Shown one piece after another: positions 1-8,646 of a stretch of 64,000 bases of DNA. The notes beneath the pieces are model-generated. The model saw only the letters and a list, made by a program, of their open reading frames with translations. It did not search any database and was not told where the DNA came from. The translations under genes were made by a program, and so were the position numbers. The number at the start of each line of letters is the position of its first letter. The first letter of the stretch is position 1. The DNA is from a virus. Where the stretch lies: IMG/VR virus record IMGVR_UViG_3300009103_001660, positions 1 through 64,000 of that record, one strand, 5' to 3'.

Positions 1-403
1 AAGAGCTAGAACTAGACGACTCGTCCGACGAGCTCGATGATGAGCTAGACGATCTAGAAGAACTCGACGAAAGTGACGAACTAGACGAACTCGATGACTT
101 CGACGATGAACTCGACGACCTATCCGATGAGCTCGACGAACTCGATGAGGGCGATGACGAGCTAGATGATGAGGGCGACGAACTCGACGAACTAGATGAG
201 AGCGATGACGAGCTAGATGATGATTCAGATGAACTCGATGAAGATGAGGTCGATGACGAACTCGATGATGATTCAGATGAACTAGATGATGAGTCAGACG
301 AACTCGATGATGATTCAGATGAACTCGATGACGAATTAGATGACGAAAGTGACGAACTGGACGACGAGCTTGAAGAACTCGATGAGTTCGAAGAGCTCGA
401 TGA
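1..403 (-). repeat. Low-complexity poly-Ser coding repeat including 21-bp tandem units
   Basis: Mixed TCN/AGY codons with a non-Ser residue every ~7-9 positions. On +, units such as gaactcgatgatgattcagat / gaactagatgatgagtcagac repeat in tandem around 259-341. Confidence 0.95.
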
Positions 404-1927
404 GCCACAACACCCCGTTCCAACATCATCTGTAGCAGAATAATCATAATCGACGTCGTTAAAAAAGCTTTGGGTTAAAAATGAAATTTTGCGAGGAATT
501 TCTTTATTTGTTCCATCATCATACGGAGTCTCACAAAGATCGCTAGCGTGCAAGCATCCCTGTATACCTAACCTCTCACCCTCTGGGCTAGAAAGAGTTA
601 AGCCCTCAATCGAGGTTGTCCCAAGGGTTGTTTCGGTTGGGCTAACTACTATGCCTCTGTCTGGTTCTACTCCAAATAGACCATCACCACTACAGCGAAT
701 GCCATCTGGTAAAGGATACTCGTATGGGGGAGGGGTAGTTAAGTGGGTTGGGTAATTTGTTTCAGATTCGAATACAGTTGCATGTTTCCAAGCACCGTCA
801 TCAAAATACTCAGGAAGCTGATACTTTGTAAAAACACATAATCTCCCCGCTGGAAGATTCTCGTGTCCGCTAAAAAACCATTTATCTATGTTTTCGTTGC
901 ACGTACAAAAAGTATCGTTGTATGTAATCTTAGGATCTCCGATATCGACATTAGCGGACAGATCGGCTGGGGGAGGATCGGCTGTAGTGTATGAAATCCA
1001 TCCGTTTTCGTTACAATCAAACTTCGCATAAAATTGTCTAACACAAATTTGAGAACTACAGCATGCATCACCACTATCCCAAACTCCGTGGTGTCCTTGG
1101 CGAAAATACTTACTTGTTGACTTTTCTGGAAATACGGATACTGACTCATTCCAGTTTGCTGGTGTAAGTGCTACGCCCTGTTTTGAGTCTTCTCTGGGGC
1201 CAAAAATGCCAGATATAATAGCTCTATGCCTATCGTATTGAACTTTAATCGCATCATAGTCTGGTGGTTCATATCCCTCTCCGCCACCAGCGATGGATGT
1301 CCACTTTTCGTCCGTATCACAAACACAATCGGTTGGCTGATATGGGTCCGTCCACCCTCCGCCATCATCATCGGAGCTATCATCCTCTCCCCTACAGGCA
1401 GTATTTAGGGGGGTTCCGTCCGCAGCTACATCAGGCAACCAAATTTGATAATGAGGATAGCAATGCTGTGGCTCATCCGAATGCACCTTGATGTACTCAC
1501 CCTTTCCACGAAGGCCAGCGCTAACACCAAAGACAAACTTACCTGTGCCACCGTAAGCAAAATTTATTTCACCCCCTTGAAGGGGGCCAGTTTCGTTGTG
1601 TGGATCCCAATAGCGAGGGGGATTAAGCAGTTTTCCAGCGCCATCATAACGGGGTGGTTGTCCTTGAAAATTCGAATCCTGTTGGGTACCGATACCACTT
1701 CCACCCAAACATTCATCTGCAGAATGGCAAGAGCCTTTCGCGCCCATAACCACATAGGTAGGAATATTATCTATATCTACCTCTTTTTCTACCGACTCGA
1801 TAGGCCAGATATCTAAATTGGGAATACCATTGTTGCCAGCAAGACCATTCCAGGGATTATTACAATCGTGCGCTACGACATAACCCCTAACGCAATATCT
1901 CTTATCTTCGCATGGACTTACAGGCAT
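1..1927 (-). CDS. Large Cys/Gly/Pro-rich protein with a poly-serine tract (3'-partial, >642 aa; probable virion or surface protein)
   Basis: Not in the ORF track. My manual translation gives an uninterrupted minus-strand frame from ATG at 1927 (AAGGAG 7 nt upstream) to the window edge: MPVSPCEDKRYCVRGYVVAHDCNNPWNG...DVGTGCCGSSSSSNSSS... No stop in 642 codons, and neighbouring genes are also on the minus strand. Confidence 0.85.
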   Translation of the reverse strand, partial: MPVSPCEDKRYCVRGYVVAHDCNNPWNGLAGNNGIPNLDIWPIESVEKEVDIDNIPTYVVMGAKGSCHSADECLGGSGIGTQQDSNFQGQPPRYDGAGKLLNPPRYWDPHNETGPLQGGEINFAYGGTGKFVFGVSAGLRGKGEYIKVHSDEPQHCYPHYQIWLPDVAADGTPLNTACRGEDDSSDDDGGGWTDPYQPTDCVCDTDEKWTSIAGGGEGYEPPDYDAIKVQYDRHRAIISGIFGPREDSKQGVALTPANWNESVSVFPEKSTSKYFRQGHHGVWDSGDACCSSQICVRQFYAKFDCNENGWISYTTADPPPADLSANVDIGDPKITYNDTFCTCNENIDKWFFSGHENLPAGRLCVFTKYQLPEYFDDGAWKHATVFESETNYPTHLTTPPPYEYPLPDGIRCSGDGLFGVEPDRGIVVSPTETTLGTTSIEGLTLSSPEGERLGIQGCLHASDLCETPYDDGTNKEIPRKISFLTQSFFNDVDYDYSATDDVGTGCCGSSSSSNSSSSSSSSSSSSLSSSNSSSSSSESSSSSSDSSSSSSESSSSSSSTSSSSSSSESSSSSSSLSSSSSSSSPSSSSSSSPSSSSSSSSDRSSSSSSKSSSSSSSSLSSSSSRSSSSSSSSSDESSSSSS

Positions 1928-1931
1928 CTCA

Positions 1932-2201
1932 TCACTCCTTGCTGTTATCCTCGTCCTCGTTCTTGAGCATTTGGTGAACAGAAGTTTCGATGTTAGCCTT
2001 ATCGATCGCCTTAGACCAATTTCCTATAAAATATTGAAGAGCCATACCATTAACGTCATCATCCGTCATGGTATAAGCCATAGGTTCGCCAGCTTCGTCA
2101 AAACAAAATAATACAAAGCCCCCAAAGGAGCATTCATTTATTTTTATCAGAAGTTCTTTTGGTATCCTAAATGGTTCATCCTTCTTCTTCTTCTTCATCA
2201 C
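1932..2201 (-). CDS. Hypothetical protein
   Basis: 89-aa ORF that fills the gap between co-oriented genes; no recognised motif. Confidence 0.7.
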   Translation of the reverse strand: MMKKKKKDEPFRIPKELLIKINECSFGGFVLFCFDEAGEPMAYTMTDDDVNGMALQYFIGNWSKAIDKANIETSVHQMLKNEDEDNSKE

Positions 2202-2245
2202 CCATCATAAGTATACCGTTCGTCAATAAATATACTTATTAACCA

Positions 2246-2656
2246 TTATATAAGATTTTTGAGGTTTTCTAACACGAAATCTTGGCCGCGAGCAACATCT
2301 TTTTCCTCCATTTCTATAAGTTTGTACCCGTTTTTTTCGAGCCATTCCGATTTCTCGTGATCTCTTTTTATTGATTTTAAATAGTCCGATCTGGACTTGT
2401 GAAAATAAGACACAAACGAAGTGTGTTGGCGGCCATTTACTTCTACGGCTACCTTTTTTGTGGCATTTAAAAAATCAACCCTCATAAGGCTTCCATATAC
2501 TGGGAATTCCTCATAAACCACGTGATTTTCCCAATAAGGCTTAAGGAGCTGCTTGGCTCTAAATTGAAGCTTGGACTTTGATTTTTTATCCCAATCTATG
2601 AGATATTTGCTAACTTTTCTCGTGGTTAATTTACCATAAATATTATAAAGTCTCAC
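2246..2656 (-). CDS. DUF559/Vsr-like PD-(D/E)xK endonuclease
   Basis: VYEEFP...RVDF...KVAVEVNGRQH...RDxxKxxWLxxxG pattern typical of the DUF559/very-short-patch nuclease family. Confidence 0.75.
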   Translation of the reverse strand: MRLYNIYGKLTTRKVSKYLIDWDKKSKSKLQFRAKQLLKPYWENHVVYEEFPVYGSLMRVDFLNATKKVAVEVNGRQHTSFVSYFHKSRSDYLKSIKRDHEKSEWLEKNGYKLIEMEEKDVARGQDFVLENLKNLI

Positions 2657-2690
2657 ATGGTTAATTTAATTGTTTTTTTAGCTTTGTAAA

Positions 2691-3794
2691 CTAAGACTTT
2701 TTAAGGGCCTCTCTGAATTTATTAAACAAATATTTACCTATATCTTTATTTTCTTCAAAGTATTTGCCGAAATTATCCATACCTTGATGCTGCTTTTTAA
2801 GTTCAAGTCCAGTTTCCTTGCTAACCTCCTCTGTGATTTCATCCGAAATGGTAACCCAAGCACCTTTAGCTGTGGCCATGTCCCAAGCTAACATCATGTC
2901 TGCCACCTCTTTTTCTACCCAAATACTCTTTCCAGACTGAGCCCTGTATCTGATTGGATAACGAACCTCTGCACCAGTTTTTTCGTTGGCGCTCTTTCTG
3001 AAAACCACCTTACACCAGTGGCCTAGCATGTCTCCTTTTCCGTTGGGTTGAGTTGTGATTAGGTCTTTTGCCCATCTGGGTTGAAATTCCAAAATCCAAT
3101 CACTGTAATGAAGCATTGCGTTCCCGCCTGAGGCGTTGGTAAGTCTTGGGTCTGTCTTTTCATATGGGTTAATGGAAACCTTGGTTCTCACTTGAGAAAT
3201 CATATAGCAAATATGACCCCGCGTGCCAAGCCCCAAGGCCATACGCTTAAGAAAGTCCGAACTTAATAAGGATCCGCCCGCAACCTTTATCGCTTCGTCC
3301 GCCCCTTTTTCTAAATCACCCCTAGGGACGAGAGCGTCCATAGAATCAATAATAAACATGTATCTTGTGTCAGAGGGATTGTCCTTGACCATCTGTCGCA
3401 TAAAGTCAATAACTGCTTCGTAAACATTACATTTAAATACAAACCATTTATCTTCATCTATACTTACCCCCGATCTTTCTACCATATCCGATGAGAGCCT
3501 GCCCTCGGACTTAATGTAGATAACCATTGAGTTATCCATCTTTTGAAAATTTCTAGCGAAAGATAGAGCACAGGAGGTCTTGCCACCCTCTGCTACTCCT
3601 GACGCTCTTATTATTCCAGGCTTTATCCCCCCGCCCATCTCAATGTCTAAAAGTAAACTTCCACTGGAAACTGTGTAGAGCCTTTCTTCTTCAAAATTAT
3701 AGTGATCCCCCTTGTGAGATTCTAAATAAGATTGAATTTGCTGAACTGGAGTTACTTTTTGCCCCGCGCTACTCGATGCTCTCTTTTTTTTCAT
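2691..3794 (-). CDS. recA: RecA/UvsX-like recombinase
   Basis: VSSGSLLLDIEMGGG, Walker A GVAEGGKT, Walker B FIIDSMDAL, MISQVR, SGGNAMLHYSD. Confidence 0.9.
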   Translation of the reverse strand: MKKKRASSSAGQKVTPVQQIQSYLESHKGDHYNFEEERLYTVSSGSLLLDIEMGGGIKPGIIRASGVAEGGKTSCALSFARNFQKMDNSMVIYIKSEGRLSSDMVERSGVSIDEDKWFVFKCNVYEAVIDFMRQMVKDNPSDTRYMFIIDSMDALVPRGDLEKGADEAIKVAGGSLLSSDFLKRMALGLGTRGHICYMISQVRTKVSINPYEKTDPRLTNASGGNAMLHYSDWILEFQPRWAKDLITTQPNGKGDMLGHWCKVVFRKSANEKTGAEVRYPIRYRAQSGKSIWVEKEVADMMLAWDMATAKGAWVTISDEITEEVSKETGLELKKQHQGMDNFGKYFEENKDIGKYLFNKFREALKKS

Positions 3795-4926
3795 TATCGC
3801 CTAACCTGCCGTCCAACTTAGATAGTTTGTCTACAAAGTTCTTGTAGGGAATGTCTTTGTAGGTAAGAACTGGGGAGGGGTATTTATAGTAATCCCGCCT
3901 TTGCTCTTTCCTACTTTCTCTATCTAAGATACCATCTGCAAGCAAACTTGCAATAGCGGAAATTGGATATGATGTAGCTTTCTGCATGGCGGAAAGATGA
4001 ATGTTTCCAACGTTTTCCGCCTCGATTATAGTCCAGTGTTTCCATTGAAGCGGCCAAGCGCCCACTATAGCAGCCAGTACTACTATGTCTGTTGTTTGTC
4101 CTTGGGTGCACCCCTCTTCGAAAAGCTGCCTAAGACAATCTTCTGAAACAGAATTCATTAAGAGTCTCACTGTGTCTCTATGATTAGGATATCGAAGGGT
4201 CTTATACGAGCAATTGTGCACCCCTCTTTCCTGCATGTCTTTTATCGTGTGCGAGGCCCCGCCACTCGTATAAAAAGCTTCCAACTCTCCAAGCTTTTCG
4301 ATCTCAACCGTTTCAAGCCCGTCCATCCCTTTGACGGTTACTATTTCTCCGCTTTTTAATATTTCACAGTCATCTCTGTACTCATTAATTAGTCCGTCTA
4401 CAGACCAAGTCGTCATGTAGTTGAGTGGGGGATTAATTTTCTCTCTAGGAAGTCCGCCCACCATCATCTTTATATCTTCTGCCTCTCCAATTTGCCTAAA
4501 GCCTTCTTCCGCGAGAATATTAACCCAGCCAGGTGCTAAGCCAAGATCTGTTATGAGTGGGGCGACTTCTCTATCTGGCTTGCTTTTTGCGTAGTCATTG
4601 ATTCTTTTAGATACATCTACCCTGCCACCCAAATCACAATATCTAATACCGTTATCAATACAGTGATATGCAATGGGTTCAAGTTGGTGGTAGGGAAGGG
4701 AGGAAATTACCACATCTGGCTTTTCGTGGTCTAAAACATCCTTAAAATCGTCAGTTCCGTCAGTTATTTGATAAAAAGATGGGTCGCTTGCGCCTATGGC
4801 TTTAGCTAGGGATTCTACAGAGTCTCTCCTTGTATCTACCCCAACCAATTCTAGCCCGTATTGGTTCATACACCAACTTATGGCCGTACCCATTCTGCCC
4901 ACACCGAATACCGCGGCCTTTTTCAT
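3769..4926 (-). CDS. Saccharopine dehydrogenase / lysine 6-dehydrogenase family oxidoreductase
   Basis: Rossmann VFGVGRMG, SSLPY, YCDLGG, DLGLAPG, WSVDGLINEY, EAFYTSGG, YKTLRYPNH. Confidence 0.85.
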   Translation of the reverse strand: MKKAAVFGVGRMGTAISWCMNQYGLELVGVDTRRDSVESLAKAIGASDPSFYQITDGTDDFKDVLDHEKPDVVISSLPYHQLEPIAYHCIDNGIRYCDLGGRVDVSKRINDYAKSKPDREVAPLITDLGLAPGWVNILAEEGFRQIGEAEDIKMMVGGLPREKINPPLNYMTTWSVDGLINEYRDDCEILKSGEIVTVKGMDGLETVEIEKLGELEAFYTSGGASHTIKDMQERGVHNCSYKTLRYPNHRDTVRLLMNSVSEDCLRQLFEEGCTQGQTTDIVVLAAIVGAWPLQWKHWTIIEAENVGNIHLSAMQKATSYPISAIASLLADGILDRESRKEQRRDYYKYPSPVLTYKDIPYKNFVDKLSKLDGRLGDNEKKESIE

Positions 4927-5372
4927 TGGTTTAATCTTTTTGGGTTTACCTCTTCTATTCTCTTAGCTTTATCGTCAATCACTAAGTCACAGGCTGGTTT
5001 AATATATTTCCCCTTAGAGCCAGTGGAGAGGTCGTGGAACTTACACCCCCAAGATTCCAGCTGCTTCCAAGTAAATTCATAATAACATTTTCCTAAGGAG
5101 ATTGACTTTTGAGACCCCCCTCTCGCTGTCCAATAAACAACATACCATCCACCATCATATAGTTCATTTATTTTTGCTATGTTTTTTTCGTTAGGCTCGG
5201 CAAGATTATACTGTCTTTTTCCAGGATAAAAACAAATAGTTTCATCTATATCTACGAGAACGACTTTTCTGTCGTCCGAAGAGAACTTTTTTGATTCGTG
5301 GAATTGCATATCGAGTTTATCCATGTATCTTAAATATTCCTCGTATTGGCTTGCCTCTGGGTGTCCGCTCAT
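4923..5372 (-). CDS. HAD-superfamily phosphatase (short, capsule-biosynthesis-phosphatase-like)
   Basis: Motif I VLVDIDETIC, WTARG, K-P...VIDDKA. Start revised to ATG 5372 (AGGTGA upstream) because a small gene occupies 5377-5520. Confidence 0.8.
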   Translation of the reverse strand: MSGHPEASQYEEYLRYMDKLDMQFHESKKFSSDDRKVVLVDIDETICFYPGKRQYNLAEPNEKNIAKINELYDGGWYVVYWTARGGSQKSISLGKCYYEFTWKQLESWGCKFHDLSTGSKGKYIKPACDLVIDDKAKRIEEVNPKRLNQ

Positions 5373-5376
5373 TGTA

Positions 5377-5520
5377 TCACCTTTTGGGTAACTTGCACCT
5401 CTTACGTGGCCCCCCTTGCCCACGATATTTTTTCATCCCCTTGCTTCTGTTTCCAGCGCCCTGTCGGGTCTTTTTTCTTACTTTTTCGCCTTCGTATTTA
5501 TAGTTGGTCTTTGTAGCCAT
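5377..5520 (-). CDS. Small basic protein (47 aa, KKTRQG...KKYRGQG)
   Basis: Below the ORF-track cutoff. Manual translation: MATKTNYKYEGEKVRKKTRQGAGNRSKGMKKYRGQGGPRKRCKLPKR. Fills the gap between co-oriented genes. Confidence 0.7.
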   Translation of the reverse strand: MATKTNYKYEGEKVRKKTRQGAGNRSKGMKKYRGQGGPRKRCKLPKR

Positions 5521-5535
5521 GTATAAAAAATATAA

Positions 5536-5760
5536 CTATTTTTTACATTTGCAACCATTTTTTTTACAACACTCTTTTTTTAACTTATGAATTCTTCCGT
5601 ACTCGTCCTTGATAAACTCATCTTTGTGACAATCGCAAGTGCACGAATCAAGGTTGCATAGACCCACTTTACATAGCCAGTGCTTGATCTTTCTCCACCA
5701 AATCCCATGATTTGGATCTTTTTTCACGAATTTACCTATGCCAGAGCTCCATGTACTCAT
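5536..5760 (-). CDS. Small Cys-rich hypothetical protein
   Basis: 74 aa with CKVGLC, CTCDCH, ECCKKNGCKCKK; its start overlaps the stop of clpP (ATGA coupling). Confidence 0.65.
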   Translation of the reverse strand: MSTWSSGIGKFVKKDPNHGIWWRKIKHWLCKVGLCNLDSCTCDCHKDEFIKDEYGRIHKLKKECCKKNGCKCKK

Positions 5761-6518
5761 TTTTTTCCTTTGGTCTTGAGTGTTTCTGGCATAATTGCCC
5801 TAACTTCATCAACCAAGTTAAGTTCAAGGGCCTCGTCTGAGCTAATCCACCAATCTTTTCTGTCCCAGTTGCGCTTAATTTTTTGTTTAGTTAGTTTAGA
5901 TCTGCAGGTGAATATGTCAACAATCCTTTCCTCTATACGCTGAACGAATTTAACCTCATCTTCAATTTCAAAAGTCTTACCGTACGCCCCAAAGGCAGCC
6001 CTATGAATCATCATCCAAGCCTGCTGCCCAATCCATCTCCTATCTCCAGCCTGTAAAAGGATACCAGCCATAGATGCTGCGTAGCCAAGGGAGCCCGTTG
6101 TTACGTGATGCCCCCTCTGCCTGAGCTCTTGTAAGAAGTCAAACAATTCAAAACCATCAATGATTGATCCTCCTGGGGAAGAAAATATAAGCTCAATATC
6201 GCACTCGGGATCAAGCCTACTCCACTCTGTGAGCTTTTTCATACACCCAGAAACAGAAGATCTCGATACCTCTCCAGCAAATCTATATAGGTGGTTCTCT
6301 TCGTCAACCGACTTGTCTTTTTCGCGCTTACGCCACGCCGCGCGAGCTTCAAGCTCAACCTTTGCTGCTTCAGCCTCGGTTTTCCTTGCGTCTGCTAGGA
6401 TTTTTCTGGTTTCTGCCTCGGTTTTTTCTATTTCTGCAAGAATCTGATGTGTCTCATTAGATACCTTTGGTTTTTTTGCAACCTTTTTTTTGGCGGTTTT
6501 CGGTTTCTTTGTGCTCAT
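5757..6518 (-). CDS. clpP: ClpP-family serine protease with N-terminal basic/coiled-coil extension
   Basis: FSSPGGSIIDG, catalytic Ser in AASMAG, His in MMIHR, WISSDEALELNLVDEV. Confidence 0.9.
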   Translation of the reverse strand: MSTKKPKTAKKKVAKKPKVSNETHQILAEIEKTEAETRKILADARKTEAEAAKVELEARAAWRKREKDKSVDEENHLYRFAGEVSRSSVSGCMKKLTEWSRLDPECDIELIFSSPGGSIIDGFELFDFLQELRQRGHHVTTGSLGYAASMAGILLQAGDRRWIGQQAWMMIHRAAFGAYGKTFEIEDEVKFVQRIEERIVDIFTCRSKLTKQKIKRNWDRKDWWISSDEALELNLVDEVRAIMPETLKTKGKK

Positions 6519-6532
6519 ATATTTAAATACAC
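6519..6532 (-). promoter_or_regulatory. GTGTA-type motif upstream of clpP
   Basis: GTGTA followed by TTTAAATAT (9 nt) and then ATG; same spacing as at 22977 and 57294. Confidence 0.55.
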
Positions 6533-6536
6533 GCCA

Positions 6537-8072
6537 TTATTTCATGCCCTGCGGAAAAGTAAGGCTATCTGCATGGTTTACCGTCCAGCTTATCTCGTGA
6601 GTAACCGCTCTAAACGTCCGAGCGGCGCTTGGAAACCCGTTGCCAGACTTTTTCACCCCTCCAAAAGCAAGGTGAGATTCTGCGGCAATAGAACCACCGT
6701 TCCAGTAAATCATTCCCGCCTCGCATTCGTCTCGGAGGATTCGTGCCTTTCGAAAATCATTCGTAAGGACGCCCACCGCAAGACCATAATCAGTATCATT
6801 ATAAATATTAATTGCATCTTCTAAAGTATCAAATGGGATAATGGCTACATGAGGGCCAAAAACTTCATCCCTGAGGTAGGGGGCGTGAATACCCCTCCAC
6901 TCGCTCTTGTATACCATTGGGGTAGAAAAGAACGCTCTACCGTTAACATCATTATATGTCGGCTCTAGTAATACCTCCGCATCCCTGTCAACTAGAACCA
7001 TGTCATTATATTTTTTAACCTTATTAAAACCCTGCTCATTAATAATAGGTCCATAATAAATATCTTCATCTGGAACGTAATCTTCCCACCCTAGGGCATC
7101 TGGAGTGCCAGTTGTACCGAAGACCTTCTTAAAGGGGTTACCAGTTTTAAGCTTTGAGGCTGCTTCAGCAAAACGTTTTGCAAAATCATCATAAATAGTC
7201 CTTTGGACCAAGATTCGACTGGATGAAACACATCTTTGTCCAGATAACTTAAACGCGCTAGCTACGGCCGCCTCTGTTGCTAGAGAGGCTTCCACATCAT
7301 CAAAAATAATACAGGCAGACTTGCTGCCCATCTCACACGAAGTGGTCTTGTGCCAGCTTTCCGCTGCTACTTTTCTAATGTGCTGACCAACTTCGGCAGA
7401 ACCAGTAAAACAAACATGATCCACATCAGCGTGAGCCAAAAGATTACCACTATCACCGCGGCCGTGCACCAAATTAATGACGCCATGAGGGATGCCAGCC
7501 TCTTCATAAATCTGGACAGCCATCTGCGTTGACATGGGAGCATCTTCACTGGGTTTAATTACAATTGTATTTCCCTCCACCAAGGCTGGGGCAGCATTCC
7601 AAAACATACCTATCGCCAGTGGAAAATTAAATGGTGTTATAATAGATATTACACCTTTTGGCTTCCTAAGCATATAGGAATCTTTATCTTCGATTTCTGA
7701 AGACACTGCTTCCCCGTGTGGGTAGCGACCAGAACCAAAGGCAAATTGAGCCATGTGTAACGCCTCGTTAACCTCAGCGATAGATTCGTTATAGTTTTTT
7801 CCAGTCTCCAATGAAATTACTGTGGCTAACTCTTCCCGTCTCCGTTCAATAATTTGAGCGACCTTGTTCATATAGTCTGACCGAACGAATCTGCTAAGCT
7901 TTTTCCACTTGTGAAAGGTTCTGCGTGCCACCTCAACCGCAGTTTCAACCTCTATTGGTCCGCTTAGGGGAAACACACCTTGGGCTTTTCCTGTGGACGG
8001 ATTAAGCTTTGTATACATTTGCTCTGTGGCTTGCCACTTACCATTAATATAATTTCTACCTTCGAATTGCAT
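6537..8072 (-). CDS. NAD(P)+-dependent aldehyde dehydrogenase
   Basis: NYINGKW, TPFNFPL, KPSE, FTGSAEVG, catalytic EMGSK and SGQRC, EVFGP, FGGVKKSGNG. Start revised to ATG 8072 (MQFEGRNYING) to remove the overlap with the VOC gene. Confidence 0.93.
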   Translation of the reverse strand: MQFEGRNYINGKWQATEQMYTKLNPSTGKAQGVFPLSGPIEVETAVEVARRTFHKWKKLSRFVRSDYMNKVAQIIERRREELATVISLETGKNYNESIAEVNEALHMAQFAFGSGRYPHGEAVSSEIEDKDSYMLRKPKGVISIITPFNFPLAIGMFWNAAPALVEGNTIVIKPSEDAPMSTQMAVQIYEEAGIPHGVINLVHGRGDSGNLLAHADVDHVCFTGSAEVGQHIRKVAAESWHKTTSCEMGSKSACIIFDDVEASLATEAAVASAFKLSGQRCVSSSRILVQRTIYDDFAKRFAEAASKLKTGNPFKKVFGTTGTPDALGWEDYVPDEDIYYGPIINEQGFNKVKKYNDMVLVDRDAEVLLEPTYNDVNGRAFFSTPMVYKSEWRGIHAPYLRDEVFGPHVAIIPFDTLEDAINIYNDTDYGLAVGVLTNDFRKARILRDECEAGMIYWNGGSIAAESHLAFGGVKKSGNGFPSAARTFRAVTHEISWTVNHADSLTFPQGMK

Positions 8073-8082
8073 AAAATGATAA

Positions 8083-8646
8083 TTATTTGGTCGACTCCAT
8101 AAGTCCTTTAACATTGACTTCACAGAATCCCTTATTGTCTTTACCTCTTTTAATAAGTTCATAAATCACGCCTGTTAATTTTGATGGTTTTGAGAACACT
8201 TGGGTAAGGTCCGTCTCTTTACATACCAGTGGCTCTTCGGAGTAAAATTCTGCATACCCTTTATCTTTCCACTCTTGCATTGTCGCTGCCACGTCCTCTA
8301 CTTGGTAAGCGATATGGTGGATCCCCCCAATGCCGTCTCGTTCATTTACCCAGTTGCCCACGATACTCCCCGCTGGGCCATCGCTAACAAATATTTCGGG
8401 GGGAGCGTGATACTCTGCGTGTACCGCATCCGCCGTGTACTGCACCCCCATTAATACATGGTATGTCCACATTTCTGTTTGCGGGTGCCGCACCTCGGGT
8501 GGAGCTAGGGCAATACAGTCCGTGGTTGTTCCGTCGTCAAATTTTAAATCAAATTCTGTACCGACTGTATATCCTAGACAGTCTTGAAAAAACTTAGCTG
8601 TTTCACGCCTGTCTTTTGCTCTATACGCGATATGGTCTAATCTCAT
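8083..8646 (-). CDS. VOC/glyoxalase-superfamily metalloenzyme
   Basis: MRLDHIAY...GGIHHIAYQVEDV...VIYELI gives the His/His/Glu metal-binding layout of VOC proteins. Confidence 0.8.
   Translation of the reverse strand: MRLDHIAYRAKDRRETAKFFQDCLGYTVGTEFDLKFDDGTTTDCIALAPPEVRHPQTEMWTYHVLMGVQYTADAVHAEYHAPPEIFVSDGPAGSIVGNWVNERDGIGGIHHIAYQVEDVAATMQEWKDKGYAEFYSEEPLVCKETDLTQVFSKPSKLTGVIYELIKRGKDNKGFCEVNVKGLMESTK

Noticed and set aside
1-443. Plus-strand open frame encoding an Asp/Glu/Leu-rich acidic tail (ELDDELDD...)
   Set aside because: It is the antisense shadow of Ser codons. The minus frame is open for 642 codons, has a start with SD, and matches the orientation of all neighbours.
489-1816. Short ORFs in the track (489-755, 886-1149, 1171-1383, 1226-1408, 1264-1491, 1445-1816, 1564-1755)
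   Set aside because: All lie inside the 1-1927 minus-strand gene in other frames.
8073-8162. Longest-ORF 5' extensions (ALDH to 8162; also 5423, 22847, 25069, 27372)
   Set aside because: They overlap neighbouring genes or promoters; internal ATGs fit the domain starts and upstream signals better.
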